Assembly (NCBI GenBank): GCA_040904565.1
Contig: JBBDTI010000030.1
Location: 78,439-142,438, forward strand
Length of the DNA stretch: 64,000 nt
From: Rhodothermales bacterium
GTDB lineage: Bacteria > Bacteroidota > Rhodothermia > Rhodothermales > VXPQ01
Direction: 5' to 3'
Shown here piece after piece: positions 19,275 to 29,607 of the stretch. The first letter of the stretch is position 1; each line of letters opens with the position of its first letter. A program made the translations under genes and the position numbers. The notes beneath the pieces are model-generated. The model was given only the letters and a program-made list of their open reading frames with translations, was not told the DNA's origin and made no database searches.

Positions 19275-20153
19275 ATGACGTGCGATAAATGGTTTCTGTT
19301 TGCGGCGGGGCTGGCCTTGGGGCTCATCGCCGGAGGGTGTGATTGGGCGGGCCCGGATGCATCGGGTGAGCGTGGTGGATCCGATCTGAATGACGTCCTC
19401 AACGACCGTCTGCCTCTGGCGGACAGTCCGGCTCGCATCTTCTGTGACCTCTCGCATTTCGACATCAACCTGCCGGGCGGGTTCGGGCCGGATCCGTCGA
19501 TCGAGACGGATACAGGTTGCGGCGTGCGGTTGACGCGGAGCGTGGAGTCGCAGGCGATGGCGATCTATCTCGGTAACCCGATCGCCCTGGAGGAGGACGG
19601 GTCGTTCCGGACCCACTTCAGTTTTCGCATCCATGGGGCCGGCGGAGCGGAAGATGACGACGGTCCGGGAGCGGACGGCTTCGTGTTCGTGCTTCAGCGT
19701 GCCGCCGCCAGTGCCCTGGGCGTGGGAGGAGGATCGCTGGGCTACGGAAGGATCTGGGCGAGCGCGGGCGTCGAGTTCGACACGTACTCGAACCACGGCC
19801 TGCATGCGGGCGACGAGTTCATCAACGATCCGGACGGCAATCACGTCGGCATCAACGTGGAGGGGTCACTCGAGTCGCTGGAGACGGCGTCCGTTCCCAA
19901 GCGATTGAACGATGGTGACGTTTGGTGGGTGTGGATCGATTACGACGGGCAGGTGGAGCAGCTCAGCGTGCGGCTCTCCGAATCCGAGGAGCGTCCGGCC
20001 GACGCGCTTCTTTCGGCGGAGATAGACATCCCGGGCGTGCTGGGGGGCACGACGGCGTGGATCGGCTTTACGGCCGCCACGGGAGGCGGCTACCAGCGGC
20101 ACGACATTCTGTCCTGGCAGTTTCAAACCGAGGGCCGGAGTATCGCGGAATAG
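19275..20153 (+). CDS. L-type (legume) lectin domain lipoprotein
   Basis: Lipobox-like LIAGGC; GADGFVFVLQ, GGGSLGY, VEFDTY, NHVGIN, GFTAATG, HDILSW. Confidence 0.85.
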   Translation: MTCDKWFLFAAGLALGLIAGGCDWAGPDASGERGGSDLNDVLNDRLPLADSPARIFCDLSHFDINLPGGFGPDPSIETDTGCGVRLTRSVESQAMAIYLGNPIALEEDGSFRTHFSFRIHGAGGAEDDDGPGADGFVFVLQRAAASALGVGGGSLGYGRIWASAGVEFDTYSNHGLHAGDEFINDPDGNHVGINVEGSLESLETASVPKRLNDGDVWWVWIDYDGQVEQLSVRLSESEERPADALLSAEIDIPGVLGGTTAWIGFTAATGGGYQRHDILSWQFQTEGRSIAE

Positions 20154-20248
20154 CCCGATCTCTTGCAGCCATGCCACCGCGCCGGTTCCGAACGCATCTT
20201 CAATGCTGGTAAGACGGCGGCGGTCGATCGCCGGGAGAACCGACGCCG

Positions 20249-20809
20249 TCACAGGCGGCTGAGGGATTCGTACGTCGGCACGAGATCAGATCGGTCTAAC
20301 GCACGCTCGAGCCGCTCGAGAATGTCTCGCACGCGGGCCTCGTCGAGCGCCGGTCCTTGCTTCTCAAGGATACCCCGCACGTCTTCCAGATCCTTTGGAC
20401 GTCCCGCAAGAATCTTGATCGCGACCAGATCCTCAGGACTCAAGAAGGGGATGCGTGCGTTTTCGATGTCTACCGGTACCGCTCGCTCGAGGAACTCTCG
20501 CTCCAATCCTGGACCCGCGAAAATGATGTCGACGGGAATACCACTCGCCGCATGTACTACCGGCGCAGCGCGGGTCCGGCGCACGAATTGCTCCAATTCG
20601 TCGACTCGAGCCTCGTATCCGGACTCGTACAGCGCAACGGCCAGTTCGGAGATCTCTTCGACAGCCAGGTCGATCGTCACGTCAATGTCAAGCGTCTGAC
20701 GCGGACGGCCGAACACGACGACGGCCTGCGCTCCGAATACGTACCAGTCAATTCCGCGACGCTGAAAGAGAGTGTCCAGGTCGGCCAGTACGTCACTAAC
20801 GGTAGCCAT
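20249..20809 (-). CDS. DUF6036-like nucleotidyltransferase
   Basis: YVFGAQAVVVFGRPRQTLDIDV; SPEDLVAIKILAGRPKDLEDV. Confidence 0.8.
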   Translation of the reverse strand: MATVSDVLADLDTLFQRRGIDWYVFGAQAVVVFGRPRQTLDIDVTIDLAVEEISELAVALYESGYEARVDELEQFVRRTRAAPVVHAASGIPVDIIFAGPGLEREFLERAVPVDIENARIPFLSPEDLVAIKILAGRPKDLEDVRGILEKQGPALDEARVRDILERLERALDRSDLVPTYESLSRL

Positions 20810-21047
20810 CACCTGTCATGAAAAGTTGGCGGGCTATGCGGATATGCGTCTCAAGATCGGCCTCTCGCGCTACATCGTCAGGCCAGTCCGGTCGCAGCGA
20901 CAGCGTGTACCGACGAAGTTCGTCGGCGACTCGGAGTCGATCCGCCGGCGCTAAATCGAGGTCTGCCCAGTAACGATGCTTCAGGCGCTCGATTTCCGCC
21001 CAGGGTCGTGAGGCGAAGTCCCTGAGTGATTCATCGGATGTTTCCAT
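20796..21047 (-). CDS. Small hypothetical protein, probable partner of the nucleotidyltransferase
   Basis: 83 aa, overlaps the NTase start, TA-like arrangement. Confidence 0.6.
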   Translation of the reverse strand: METSDESLRDFASRPWAEIERLKHRYWADLDLAPADRLRVADELRRYTLSLRPDWPDDVAREADLETHIRIARQLFMTGDGYR

Positions 21048-21251
21048 CGAGCAGTGTATTCCAAGTAGTGTGTTCGGGGTAGTGTGTTCGCGGACAATTG
21101 AGCAGCATGACAGGAGGATCGCGGCCGATACGTGCGGACATACTACAACGATTCGCCGTATGCGCGGGTTCTTACCGAACGTCGACGGACCGCGGCCTCA
21201 GGCACTTCACCGTTCGGCTTCACGGCATCGTCAAGATTAACTCGGCACGAC

Positions 21252-21665
21252 TCAAAGATCTCGGGGGAGCAGGCGCGGCTGCCCTTCGATCGCCACCGCA
21301 CCAAAGTCTCGCAGATCCAGTGTGGCGATATCGGAGGCGCGCAGCCGCTCGGCGGTAGCGATGACGACGGCGTCTACCAGGCCGAGCTTAAGGGATGCGT
21401 ACTGCTCACAAAGCGCGAGGGCACGCTGAAGGTCTTCGGGGTCGCCCCAATCGACGAACCATCGGCCCTCTGCGAGATCTCGAACGAACTCCATCGCCAC
21501 GTCCGGGCCCAGGTGCTCTACCAACAGGTAATCGACTTCCGGAAGTACGGCCCAGGGGAGGACCCACGCCGCTGAGTCGTCCTCGAAGACGCCGAGCAGG
21601 ATGCCGTGCTGTCGATCGTCGGCGTCGATCAGTGCGATCACCGCACCCGTGTCGGCGATTATCAC
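21252..21665 (-). CDS. vapC: PIN domain toxin VapC
   Basis: IIADTGAVIALIDADD, VLPEVDY, LGLVDAVVIA, IATLDLRDF. GTG start overlaps the antitoxin stop (GTGA). Confidence 0.88.
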   Translation of the reverse strand: MIIADTGAVIALIDADDRQHGILLGVFEDDSAAWVLPWAVLPEVDYLLVEHLGPDVAMEFVRDLAEGRWFVDWGDPEDLQRALALCEQYASLKLGLVDAVVIATAERLRASDIATLDLRDFGAVAIEGQPRLLPRDL

Positions 21666-21916
21666 TCGTCTTGTCCGAATCCGTTCAGCAGTTCCTCCGC
21701 GCAATCGGCGACGTCACCCCGCCCGCTCCGTCCGGCCCCGATGCTTCTTGGCCGCAAGCGGCTCGTTCGGCGGCGCGCATACTCGGCGACGGCCTCCCGC
21801 ACCAGCTCGGCAGCCGAACGACCCTCGGCCTGCGCGAGGCCTTTCAGCTTCCGGTAGTCATCGCTATCGAGATACACAGTGGTCTTTACGTTTCGCCGCT
21901 CGGGATCGGAGCTCAT
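21662..21916 (-). CDS. Ribbon-helix-helix (CopG) antitoxin
   Basis: KTTVYLDSDDYRKLKGLAQAEGRSAAELVREAV; translationally coupled to vapC. Confidence 0.85.
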   Translation of the reverse strand: MSSDPERRNVKTTVYLDSDDYRKLKGLAQAEGRSAAELVREAVAEYARRRTSRLRPRSIGAGRSGRGDVADCAEELLNGFGQDE

Positions 21917-22143
21917 GACGGTAGCGCCGTCGAGTGGAATTATTATATGGTATATGGTAACATCATATCTTCGAACGTGGTTCCGGCTTCTCGAAGTAGG
22001 CCCAGCTGATCATACGGAGCCGCCGCCGATGCGAACGAGTCCGCCTGATCCTCGACGACCGGACGAAGACCCATCCTGAGAGCGTCGAAGGGTTTCATCC
22101 GCTATCCGAACAGACTGCGCAACAAGAATGACGATCGAAAACA

Positions 22144-24201
22144 CTAGAAGCTCACGGCAGCACCGGCGCGCAGCATGCGTCCCGGCCCGGGAAGCCCGAG
22201 CTGCGATACCACGGGCGCATCGGTCAGATTGTCGCCGCGAATGAAGAGCTCCGCCGTCGCCACGCCCACGACGTGGTCGAAGCGATACCCGATGCGTGCA
22301 TTCAGCGAAAGTGACGGATCCAGCGGCACGAACGAATTGTCCTCGCTCTGGGAATAGGCCGCGCCGGTATAGACCGTTTCGAGAAGGGCCGAAAGTCCCG
22401 TCTGGCCGATATAGCGTAGCATGGCCGTACCGAGTACCTCCGGCCGCTCCGCGAGCCGAACGGGGTCGTCCGCTTCGTCCCGGAGTGACCGGACGTCCAT
22501 GAACGTGACGTGGCCGTTCACGGCGAGATAGCGCACGGGCCGAACCTCAGCCACAAGCTCCACCCCCAAGATCCGGCTGCCTTTCAGGTTGATGCGCTGC
22601 CGCCGCCGCTGTCCGTCTACCGTGACGTGCAATTGACCTATACTTTCGGAGGTTCGGTTTAAGAAAGGGACGATCTCCATCGAAAAAGAGGATTGCGCGA
22701 GTCCTCCTCCCGCTTCGGCGATCAGTGCTGATTCGGGGGCGAGATCGGGATTGACCAGGAATCGGTGCATTGCTTCACCGAAAAGCTCCCGCATCGTGGG
22801 GAACCGCGTCTTGCGTCCGGCGGCGGCGCGGAGGTAGAAGCCTTCGATGCCGTCGTAGCGTCCTCCCAGTGTCGCACTGTATGCGCGGAAGGGATCGCGC
22901 TCCGGTTTGTCGCCCGTTTTGGGCATGAACATGACGTCGCGGCCGGCACTCATCGTTAGCGTGAACCGGCGCGTTACCGGTAACTCGTACGCGGCGCCGA
23001 GGCTGAGGAGGCGCTGGCGATAGGCAAAGCGGGGGGCCACGTCGGGCAGCGCGTCCTTGTTCTCGTCGAAATCCATCTCGCGCTGGTGGTGGGTCGAGAT
23101 GAGACCGTTGCCGGCCACGCGCAGTGTGCCGGGTCCAATCTCACGCGCTACCGTCAATCGGATACCGTGCGTCAGGTCGCTGTCTTCCTGCCGCGATCTT
23201 GCGTGGTCGAAATCGAGGGAGCCATACGCGTCGATCGTCTGCTCGAATCGGCCCGTCCAGCTCGTGGCCTTCCAGCGCGTAGGTCCGGCCAGGCGACCCT
23301 CGCCGCTGAATATGCCCATCGTGTAGCGCCAGAGAGGATAGCGCCAGAGCCGCGCGCGGTCGGTCGGCACGTGCCCCTCCGGCGCCACGCCCTGCTGCGC
23401 CTCCACATGGTAGATGGTCGCGCCGAGCGTGGCGCGATCTCCGAATCGGTAGACGCCGCGCATGAATCCGTTTGCGACGCGGCGGTCCGTATTTGTACGC
23501 AGGGCACGCTCCAGCTGATTAAACGGAAGCCGCGCATCGTCGGGAAGCGGCATGCCCTCCCGCTCGAAAAATCCGACCGAGGCGGCATAACCCAGTCCAC
23601 CGATTCGTCCGCGATGCGTAATCTCCGCCTGGATCGTTCCTGCCGTCCCGCCAAGCGCCGAGGCCTCGGTGAATTGCCCTTCCGAGGCGAGGGAAGGCGA
23701 GGTGATGTGGATGACGCCGCCGGGAACGTTGGCACCGTATTCGACGGCTGCAACACCTCGAGTCACCGTCATGCCGCCGACCATTCCGCCCGGGATCAGG
23801 GCAAGGTCGAGGCGGTTGTCCCACGGCACGTTGAGCGCGGCTCCGTCGTAGAAGATAGCTGTCTGGCGCTCGTCGCTTCCGCGCAGATAGACGAGGGTCT
23901 CGCCGCGAGAGTTCGTCGTGACGTGCGCTGCGGCCACCTGGCGGAGCAGCCCGGCGGCCGACGGCGCCTCGACCCCCTCGATAACGGACACCGGTAGGCG
24001 CTGTACCGTGGAGACCTCATCCCGCTCCCGCTGACCGGCCCGCACGACGACCTCCTTCAGGCTGCCGGAGAGCAAGGAGTCGGGTTCCGTTCTCTCGTCG
24101 ACATCTTGTGCGGCTGTAGGACCCGCCGCCGGCACGGCGATCAATCCCAAAATTATCAGGATGCCCCGCATCCTGCATCTGAACGATGTCAGGCGCATCA
24201 T
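22144..24201 (-). CDS. TonB-dependent receptor
   Basis: Signal peptide, TonB-box-like EVVVRA, plug YLRG...YDG, GRKTRFPT..ELF..NPDLAPE, C-terminal GRMLRAGAAVSF. Confidence 0.9.
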   Translation of the reverse strand: MMRLTSFRCRMRGILIILGLIAVPAAGPTAAQDVDERTEPDSLLSGSLKEVVVRAGQRERDEVSTVQRLPVSVIEGVEAPSAAGLLRQVAAAHVTTNSRGETLVYLRGSDERQTAIFYDGAALNVPWDNRLDLALIPGGMVGGMTVTRGVAAVEYGANVPGGVIHITSPSLASEGQFTEASALGGTAGTIQAEITHRGRIGGLGYAASVGFFEREGMPLPDDARLPFNQLERALRTNTDRRVANGFMRGVYRFGDRATLGATIYHVEAQQGVAPEGHVPTDRARLWRYPLWRYTMGIFSGEGRLAGPTRWKATSWTGRFEQTIDAYGSLDFDHARSRQEDSDLTHGIRLTVAREIGPGTLRVAGNGLISTHHQREMDFDENKDALPDVAPRFAYRQRLLSLGAAYELPVTRRFTLTMSAGRDVMFMPKTGDKPERDPFRAYSATLGGRYDGIEGFYLRAAAGRKTRFPTMRELFGEAMHRFLVNPDLAPESALIAEAGGGLAQSSFSMEIVPFLNRTSESIGQLHVTVDGQRRRQRINLKGSRILGVELVAEVRPVRYLAVNGHVTFMDVRSLRDEADDPVRLAERPEVLGTAMLRYIGQTGLSALLETVYTGAAYSQSEDNSFVPLDPSLSLNARIGYRFDHVVGVATAELFIRGDNLTDAPVVSQLGLPGPGRMLRAGAAVSF

Positions 24202-24387
24202 TAATTTAATTCGATTCCCTTATCCATCCTGCCGGATCCCGGCCGCGTGCCGTGGTTCTCGCAAGCGACGGGACCGCGCACCGCGCGGGGTGAACGTGCG
24301 CACGTCGGAAAATGTACCGGTGGACTAACGTACTGGGATGGTGGAGTAGGGAGGATAGGGAGAGGAATGGATGTGTTGCAAGCGGGG

Positions 24388-24471
24388 GGGGGCGGCTACC
24401 AGCGTCACGACGTTCTCTCCTGGCAGTTTGAGACCGGAGGCCGGAGCATTGCGGATGAGGCGACCCCGTAG
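24388..24471 (+). pseudogene. Orphan 3' end of an L-type lectin paralog
   Basis: GGGYQRHDVLSWQFETGGRSIAD versus GGGYQRHDILSWQFQTEGRSIAE at the end of 19275-20153. Confidence 0.75.
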
Positions 24472-24608
24472 GTGGTTGTCGGAAGTGAGACGTACTTTAG
24501 TGTTCCCCAAAAAGGCTCGTTTATCATTGCGTAGAATGGGCCGGTTGACAGCGAGGAAGTCACACTCCGAGCTTCCCCATCCTCCCTCCGCACCATTTGC
24601 ATGCTCGT

Positions 24609-26117
24609 ATGCGATGTCTTTCCCTTGTGACACTGCTGATTCTCCTCGCCGCCTGCTCATCCGGCGACGTCCCGCGGGACGGGACCGGCGCCGCCGAGCG
24701 CATCCGGCCCTTCGCGGATAATCCCCACTACCTGGCCTGGGGCGGCGTGCCGATCTTTCCTCTGGGCGCGTCCGGGTACCACAGCTGGACGCCGATCAGC
24801 CGGCCCGGCACGGTTGGTTTCGAAGCACAGCTCGACCGGCTGGCCCGCGTCATCGACGCGATCGGCAGCCCCCACGTACGGGGGCTCGTGCGCGTGCTGC
24901 CGTACGACCCGATGAACCACATGCACGATGGAACGGTGGCGCGCGTACTCCAGCCGTGGGTGCGACTCGAGGATGGACGATATGATTTGGAACACTTCGA
25001 GCCCGCCTGGGAGGAGCGGCTGCGCGCGTACCTGGATGCGGCGCTGGCGCGGCGGATCGTCGTGTCACTGGAGATCTGGGACGACTGGTCCGTCACGCGC
25101 GGCCCCGGCGGCCAGTACGACCCGGGAGAAGGCGGCGCGTGGAATGCACACCCTTTCAACCCACGCAACAACGTGAACTACGGCGAGGACATGCTGCCGC
25201 GGACGACGGCGGTCTGCGAGGCGCCGTTCTACAGCACGATTCCCGCTCGCGCCGGCATCGATCCGGTGGTGGTCCTGCAGAAGCGCTACGTGGACCGCCT
25301 GCTCGAGATCGCAGCCGGATATCCCAACGTGCTGCTGAAGGTGTCCAACGAGAGCCGCGCGCACCTGGACTGGAGCCGCTTCTGGGCAGCCTACGTCCGG
25401 GAGCGGGCGCCGGACGTAATGATCGGAGAGATGCCCTCGACCAACCGCCGCGATGGCGGCGGCGAATGCGAGGACGCCTTCAGTCCCCTGACGCTCGCGA
25501 CGGATCCTCACTATGATTACGTGGACGTCGCGCAGGGCGTCTCCGGACACGAGTTTGGGAGTCCCCGAGAACAGGCGCTCGAGGGCGCCCGGCGGATCGA
25601 CGTGTACCGCCAGGCCATGGCGCGAGCGGAAACGCCGCGTCCGCTGATCGTGTCCAAGGACTATACCCGGGGACCGGACGGCGGGGACGTGGTACTGTGG
25701 AGCCGGTTCATTGGCGGCGCGGCCGCCGCCCGCTTCCACCGCCCGGGCGTGGATCAAGGCAAGGACGTCGTGGCGTTCCAGCACGACGCCGTCGAGCGCC
25801 TCGGTCGGTTCATCGCCGAGGTGCCCTTCTGGCGCATGCAGCCGGCGCCGGAGCTCATCAGCCTGCTGCCGAACGGCGCGGGGGCGAACGTCCTGGCCGA
25901 GGCAAACGGGCACGTCGTGATCCAGTTGCTCGACGGCCGTACGGGAGAACGCCTGCACCTTGAGCTGGCCCCCGGCACGTGGACGGTACGCTGGCTCGAC
26001 CCGGCGCGTGGACGGGAGATTCAGCGGGGGGAGGCCGCCGTCGCACAATCCTCACTGCACGTCGACATACCATCAGACCTCGACCACCAGATCCTGCATC
26101 TATCCCCAAACAATTGA
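24609..26117 (+). CDS. Lipoprotein with glycoside-hydrolase-like TIM barrel and C-terminal beta domain
   Basis: Lipobox LLAAC; IRPFADNPHYLAWGG, VSNE motif, C-terminal WTVRWLDPARG. Confidence 0.7.
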   Translation: MRCLSLVTLLILLAACSSGDVPRDGTGAAERIRPFADNPHYLAWGGVPIFPLGASGYHSWTPISRPGTVGFEAQLDRLARVIDAIGSPHVRGLVRVLPYDPMNHMHDGTVARVLQPWVRLEDGRYDLEHFEPAWEERLRAYLDAALARRIVVSLEIWDDWSVTRGPGGQYDPGEGGAWNAHPFNPRNNVNYGEDMLPRTTAVCEAPFYSTIPARAGIDPVVVLQKRYVDRLLEIAAGYPNVLLKVSNESRAHLDWSRFWAAYVRERAPDVMIGEMPSTNRRDGGGECEDAFSPLTLATDPHYDYVDVAQGVSGHEFGSPREQALEGARRIDVYRQAMARAETPRPLIVSKDYTRGPDGGDVVLWSRFIGGAAAARFHRPGVDQGKDVVAFQHDAVERLGRFIAEVPFWRMQPAPELISLLPNGAGANVLAEANGHVVIQLLDGRTGERLHLELAPGTWTVRWLDPARGREIQRGEAAVAQSSLHVDIPSDLDHQILHLSPNN

Positions 26118-26276
26118 GCGACGAGCGCCGGACGCTGCCCGAGATAATCGAGCCGGATTGCGTCAACGACCATGCGGGCGCGGCCCCTCTGAATCCCGAT
26201 GCTATCCGGTCTCGCAGATTTCCTACATTCTACCGGCAAGCATAGACCATCCAACGATTCGTCTCGCTAAACGTAG

Positions 26277-27740
26277 ATGGAAACCATGGCACGACGACTG
26301 CTGATACTGTTTGTTACTGCACTTGTGGGCGTGCACGTCGGGTACGCTCAGCAAGCGCGAAACATCGTGTTCATTCTGAGCGACGACCACCGCTACGACT
26401 ACATGGGCTTTCACCCGAACGCGCCCGATTTCCTCGAAACGCCGGGCATGGACCGCATGGCGGCGCAAGGGGCACACCTGGCCAATGCATTCGTGAGCAC
26501 GTCGCTCTGCTCGCCGAGCCGGGCCTCCATTCTGACCGGACAGTATCCGTTTCGCCACGGCGTCGTCGACAACCAGAACGTGATGCCCGAGGGCATACCG
26601 ATGGTTTCCGAGGCCCTCCAGGAGGCCGGCTATCAGACCGGCTACTTCGGTAAATGGCACATCGGACACGATCACGACGATCCGAAGCCGGGTTTCGATC
26701 GGTGGGTCAGCTTCATGGGGCAGGGGGTGTACTATGATCCGACGCTGAACGTGGACGGCGAACGCGCCGAATACGAAGGGTACATCACCGATCTGCTGAC
26801 CGACTTCACGCTGGACTGGCTGGACGAGATCGACCGTGACCGGCCTTTCATGGCCTACCTGTCGCACAAGGCCGTGCACGCGGAGTTCGAACCGGCGCAG
26901 CGGCACGAGGGTGAATATGCGGACGCATACATCCCAATGCCGTCGTCGATGAAGAACATCGAGCAGAATTATGAGGGCAAGCCCGATTGGGTGCGCGAGC
27001 AGCGCTACAGCTGGCACGGGGTGGAGTACATGTACCACGAGCGCGACGATCACCCGGCCAGCCTGGAGGATCTCATCGTGCGCTACAGCGAATCGCTCCT
27101 GGCCGTGGATGAGAGCGTTCAGCGAGTGCTCGATTATCTGGAAGCAGAGGGCCTTGCGGAGGAGACGCTCGTCATTTACATGGGCGACAACGGGTTCATG
27201 CTCGGCGAGCACGGGCTGATCGACAAACGGCAGGCCTACGAGGAGTCGATGCGGGTGCCCATGCTGGCCTGGGCGCCGGGTCTCATCGAGCCGGGTTCGG
27301 TCATCGAGGAGAACGTGATGAACATCGACATCACGCCTACTTTTCTGGACCTGGCGGGTGGATCCATGCCGGCGGGGCACGTCGTCGACGGCCGGTCATT
27401 CCGCCCCCTGCTTTCCGGTGAGCCGGTCGGAGACTGGCGTTCCACCTTCCTCTACCAGTATTTCTGGGAGGATGCATTTCCGCACACGCCCACGACCTAC
27501 GCCATTCGAGGCGATCGGTATAAGTACATCTATTACCACGGGGTGTGGGACGACCACGAGTTCTACGACCTGCGGACCGATCCCATGGAGATGCGCAACC
27601 TGATCGACGTGCCGGAGCACCAGGACCGGATCCAGGCGATGCGCGACGAGATGTTCGATCTCTTCGAGGAGACCGGAGCCACGGATGTCAAATTCCGCCG
27701 CCCGTCGAACTTCCGGGCCGACGAACGGGAGCTCCATTGA
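26277..27740 (+). CDS. Sulfatase (S1, Cys-type)
   Basis: NIVFILSDDHR, LCSPSRASILTG, GKWH, GDNG. Confidence 0.95.
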   Translation: METMARRLLILFVTALVGVHVGYAQQARNIVFILSDDHRYDYMGFHPNAPDFLETPGMDRMAAQGAHLANAFVSTSLCSPSRASILTGQYPFRHGVVDNQNVMPEGIPMVSEALQEAGYQTGYFGKWHIGHDHDDPKPGFDRWVSFMGQGVYYDPTLNVDGERAEYEGYITDLLTDFTLDWLDEIDRDRPFMAYLSHKAVHAEFEPAQRHEGEYADAYIPMPSSMKNIEQNYEGKPDWVREQRYSWHGVEYMYHERDDHPASLEDLIVRYSESLLAVDESVQRVLDYLEAEGLAEETLVIYMGDNGFMLGEHGLIDKRQAYEESMRVPMLAWAPGLIEPGSVIEENVMNIDITPTFLDLAGGSMPAGHVVDGRSFRPLLSGEPVGDWRSTFLYQYFWEDAFPHTPTTYAIRGDRYKYIYYHGVWDDHEFYDLRTDPMEMRNLIDVPEHQDRIQAMRDEMFDLFEETGATDVKFRRPSNFRADERELH

Positions 27741-27807
27741 GAGGCGCGGTTTCCAGTCCTGCTCCTTCCTGCACGAGACGCGCACCGGCCGGCAGCCCGT
27801 CTACCAC

Positions 27808-29487
27808 TTATTCGTACTGGACCACCTGTCCGTCTTCGAGAAGCTGTTCCTTCAGCGCCTCGTAGTCGACGTTTTGCACGGCTACGTCGGTGTCGATCGC
27901 CAGCACGGCGGCCGTCGCGGCACTCTGGCCCAGGATCATAAATACGGGCTCCATACGAATCGAACCGAAGGCGATGTGGGAGCTCGACAAGGCGATGGGT
28001 ACGAGCAGGTTGCGCACCTCGTCGGCCTGCGGGACGAGCGATCCGTAGGCGATGGCGTACGGCACCGGCGGCGATACGCCGATGTCGCCCTCGTTCTGCA
28101 CGTATCCCTCGGGCGTGACGTAGCGCTGCACGTTGTGCGAATCCATCGTGTACGACCCCATGCCGACCGGCTGCGGCACCTCGCGCTTGCCGAGGATGTC
28201 GTGTTCGGTCATGATGTACGCCCCGATCATCCGCCGGGCCTCGCGCACGTAGATCTGATGAGGCCAGTGCCCATTGTCGACGAACTCATCCTTCGCGAGG
28301 CCCCATCGGTTCACCTCGTCCTGTATTTCCCGCGGCACCCTCGGATCGTTCGCCAGAAAGTACATGAGACCCTTCTGGTAGACTTCGTGCTCCTTGATGA
28401 TCTCCTTCCGGCGTTCGTAGGAAGCTTCGGGATACGCGTAGTTCATCCCGATGTTGTCGGTGCTGAACGGACCGTGATTGTTCGTGTCCGTCTTCCGGTT
28501 GGGGATGGGGTCGTACTTCGCGAAGAAATTATTCCGCTCGTGCCAGCCGGTCTCGAACATACGGAGCAGCCCCAGGTACTGCCCTGAATCGTAGCTGTCG
28601 GGCATCGGGAACGGCACCTGGTTGTCCGGATGGCTGCTCAGGCACATCCGGAAGCAGTAGGCCTGAATCTTTTTGTCGCCGCTGCCTTTCTCCCCTGGCG
28701 GAGCCGCGGAAACGCGCGGAATGATGCCGCTGGCTGGATTCCCCGGCGCGAAGTAGGGGTCGACCCGGTCGTCCTCCGGGTCGAAGTAGTGGCTGTGGTG
28801 GTAGACGCCCGTCTGCACGCCGTTCCACGTCTCCCCGTAGACGCTGTTGGCCTCGCGTCCGACGTGGTAGCTTGCGCCGGCGGCCGCCATCAAATCGCCT
28901 TCGTACGTCGCATCGATGAACATCCGGCCCCGAACCGTCGTGCCGCTCAGCGTCTCGATCGACGTGATCCGACCGTCTTCGAGCGTCACGCCGTCCTTCC
29001 GGTCGAGCCACTCGTCACGCAGCACCAGCACGCCCGCCTCGGCGATCATGTCCTCGAAGACGCCCTCGGCCACGTGCGGCTCGAAAATCCACATCGTGCG
29101 CCTCTCCCGATCCACCGCCGGCGTACCCTGCCCGCGATTTCCGTACTCGTCGCGTTCTTGCCACTTCCAGGCTTCGGCCTGCTGGTAATGCAGGTACACG
29201 CGGTGATAGAACTCACGCGACAACCCGCCGATGACCTCCTTATTGCCCGTATCCGTATAGCCGAGTCCGCCTGAGGACAGCCCACCCAGGTGGACGTCGG
29301 GCGATACGACCACGACCGATTTCCCCATGCGCGCGGCCTGCACGGCGGCCGTGACCGCGCCGGACGTACCGCCGTAAACGACCACGTCGGCCTCGAGCGA
29401 CCGCAGCTGCGCTTCGACCGGTCCGGCGAGACCGAACAGGACGAAGGCGATAACGATAAATGTTGTGGGACCGAGGCGTTGATTCAT
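27808..29487 (-). CDS. Exported FAD-dependent oxidoreductase (FAD_oxidored family)
   Basis: DVVVYGGTSGAVTAAVQAAR, FIDATYEGDL, YVREARRMIG, SIRMEP. Start MNQRLG. Confidence 0.88.
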   Translation of the reverse strand: MNQRLGPTTFIVIAFVLFGLAGPVEAQLRSLEADVVVYGGTSGAVTAAVQAARMGKSVVVVSPDVHLGGLSSGGLGYTDTGNKEVIGGLSREFYHRVYLHYQQAEAWKWQERDEYGNRGQGTPAVDRERRTMWIFEPHVAEGVFEDMIAEAGVLVLRDEWLDRKDGVTLEDGRITSIETLSGTTVRGRMFIDATYEGDLMAAAGASYHVGREANSVYGETWNGVQTGVYHHSHYFDPEDDRVDPYFAPGNPASGIIPRVSAAPPGEKGSGDKKIQAYCFRMCLSSHPDNQVPFPMPDSYDSGQYLGLLRMFETGWHERNNFFAKYDPIPNRKTDTNNHGPFSTDNIGMNYAYPEASYERRKEIIKEHEVYQKGLMYFLANDPRVPREIQDEVNRWGLAKDEFVDNGHWPHQIYVREARRMIGAYIMTEHDILGKREVPQPVGMGSYTMDSHNVQRYVTPEGYVQNEGDIGVSPPVPYAIAYGSLVPQADEVRNLLVPIALSSSHIAFGSIRMEPVFMILGQSAATAAVLAIDTDVAVQNVDYEALKEQLLEDGQVVQYE

Positions 29488-29607
29488 CGCGATGGGAAGA
29501 TGTGGGTTTGAGGAAGGAGTGGACGCCTTTATAGTGCTCCGAATAGACACTCCGGGGGATCGGCGCCATAGATGGCAGGTTGACCAAGAAAACTAAGCTA
29601 CGTCATC

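Noticed and set aside
24202-24390. Possible cobalamin riboswitch upstream of the TonB-dependent receptor
   Set aside because: No B12-box or GCCACTG-type conserved elements seen.
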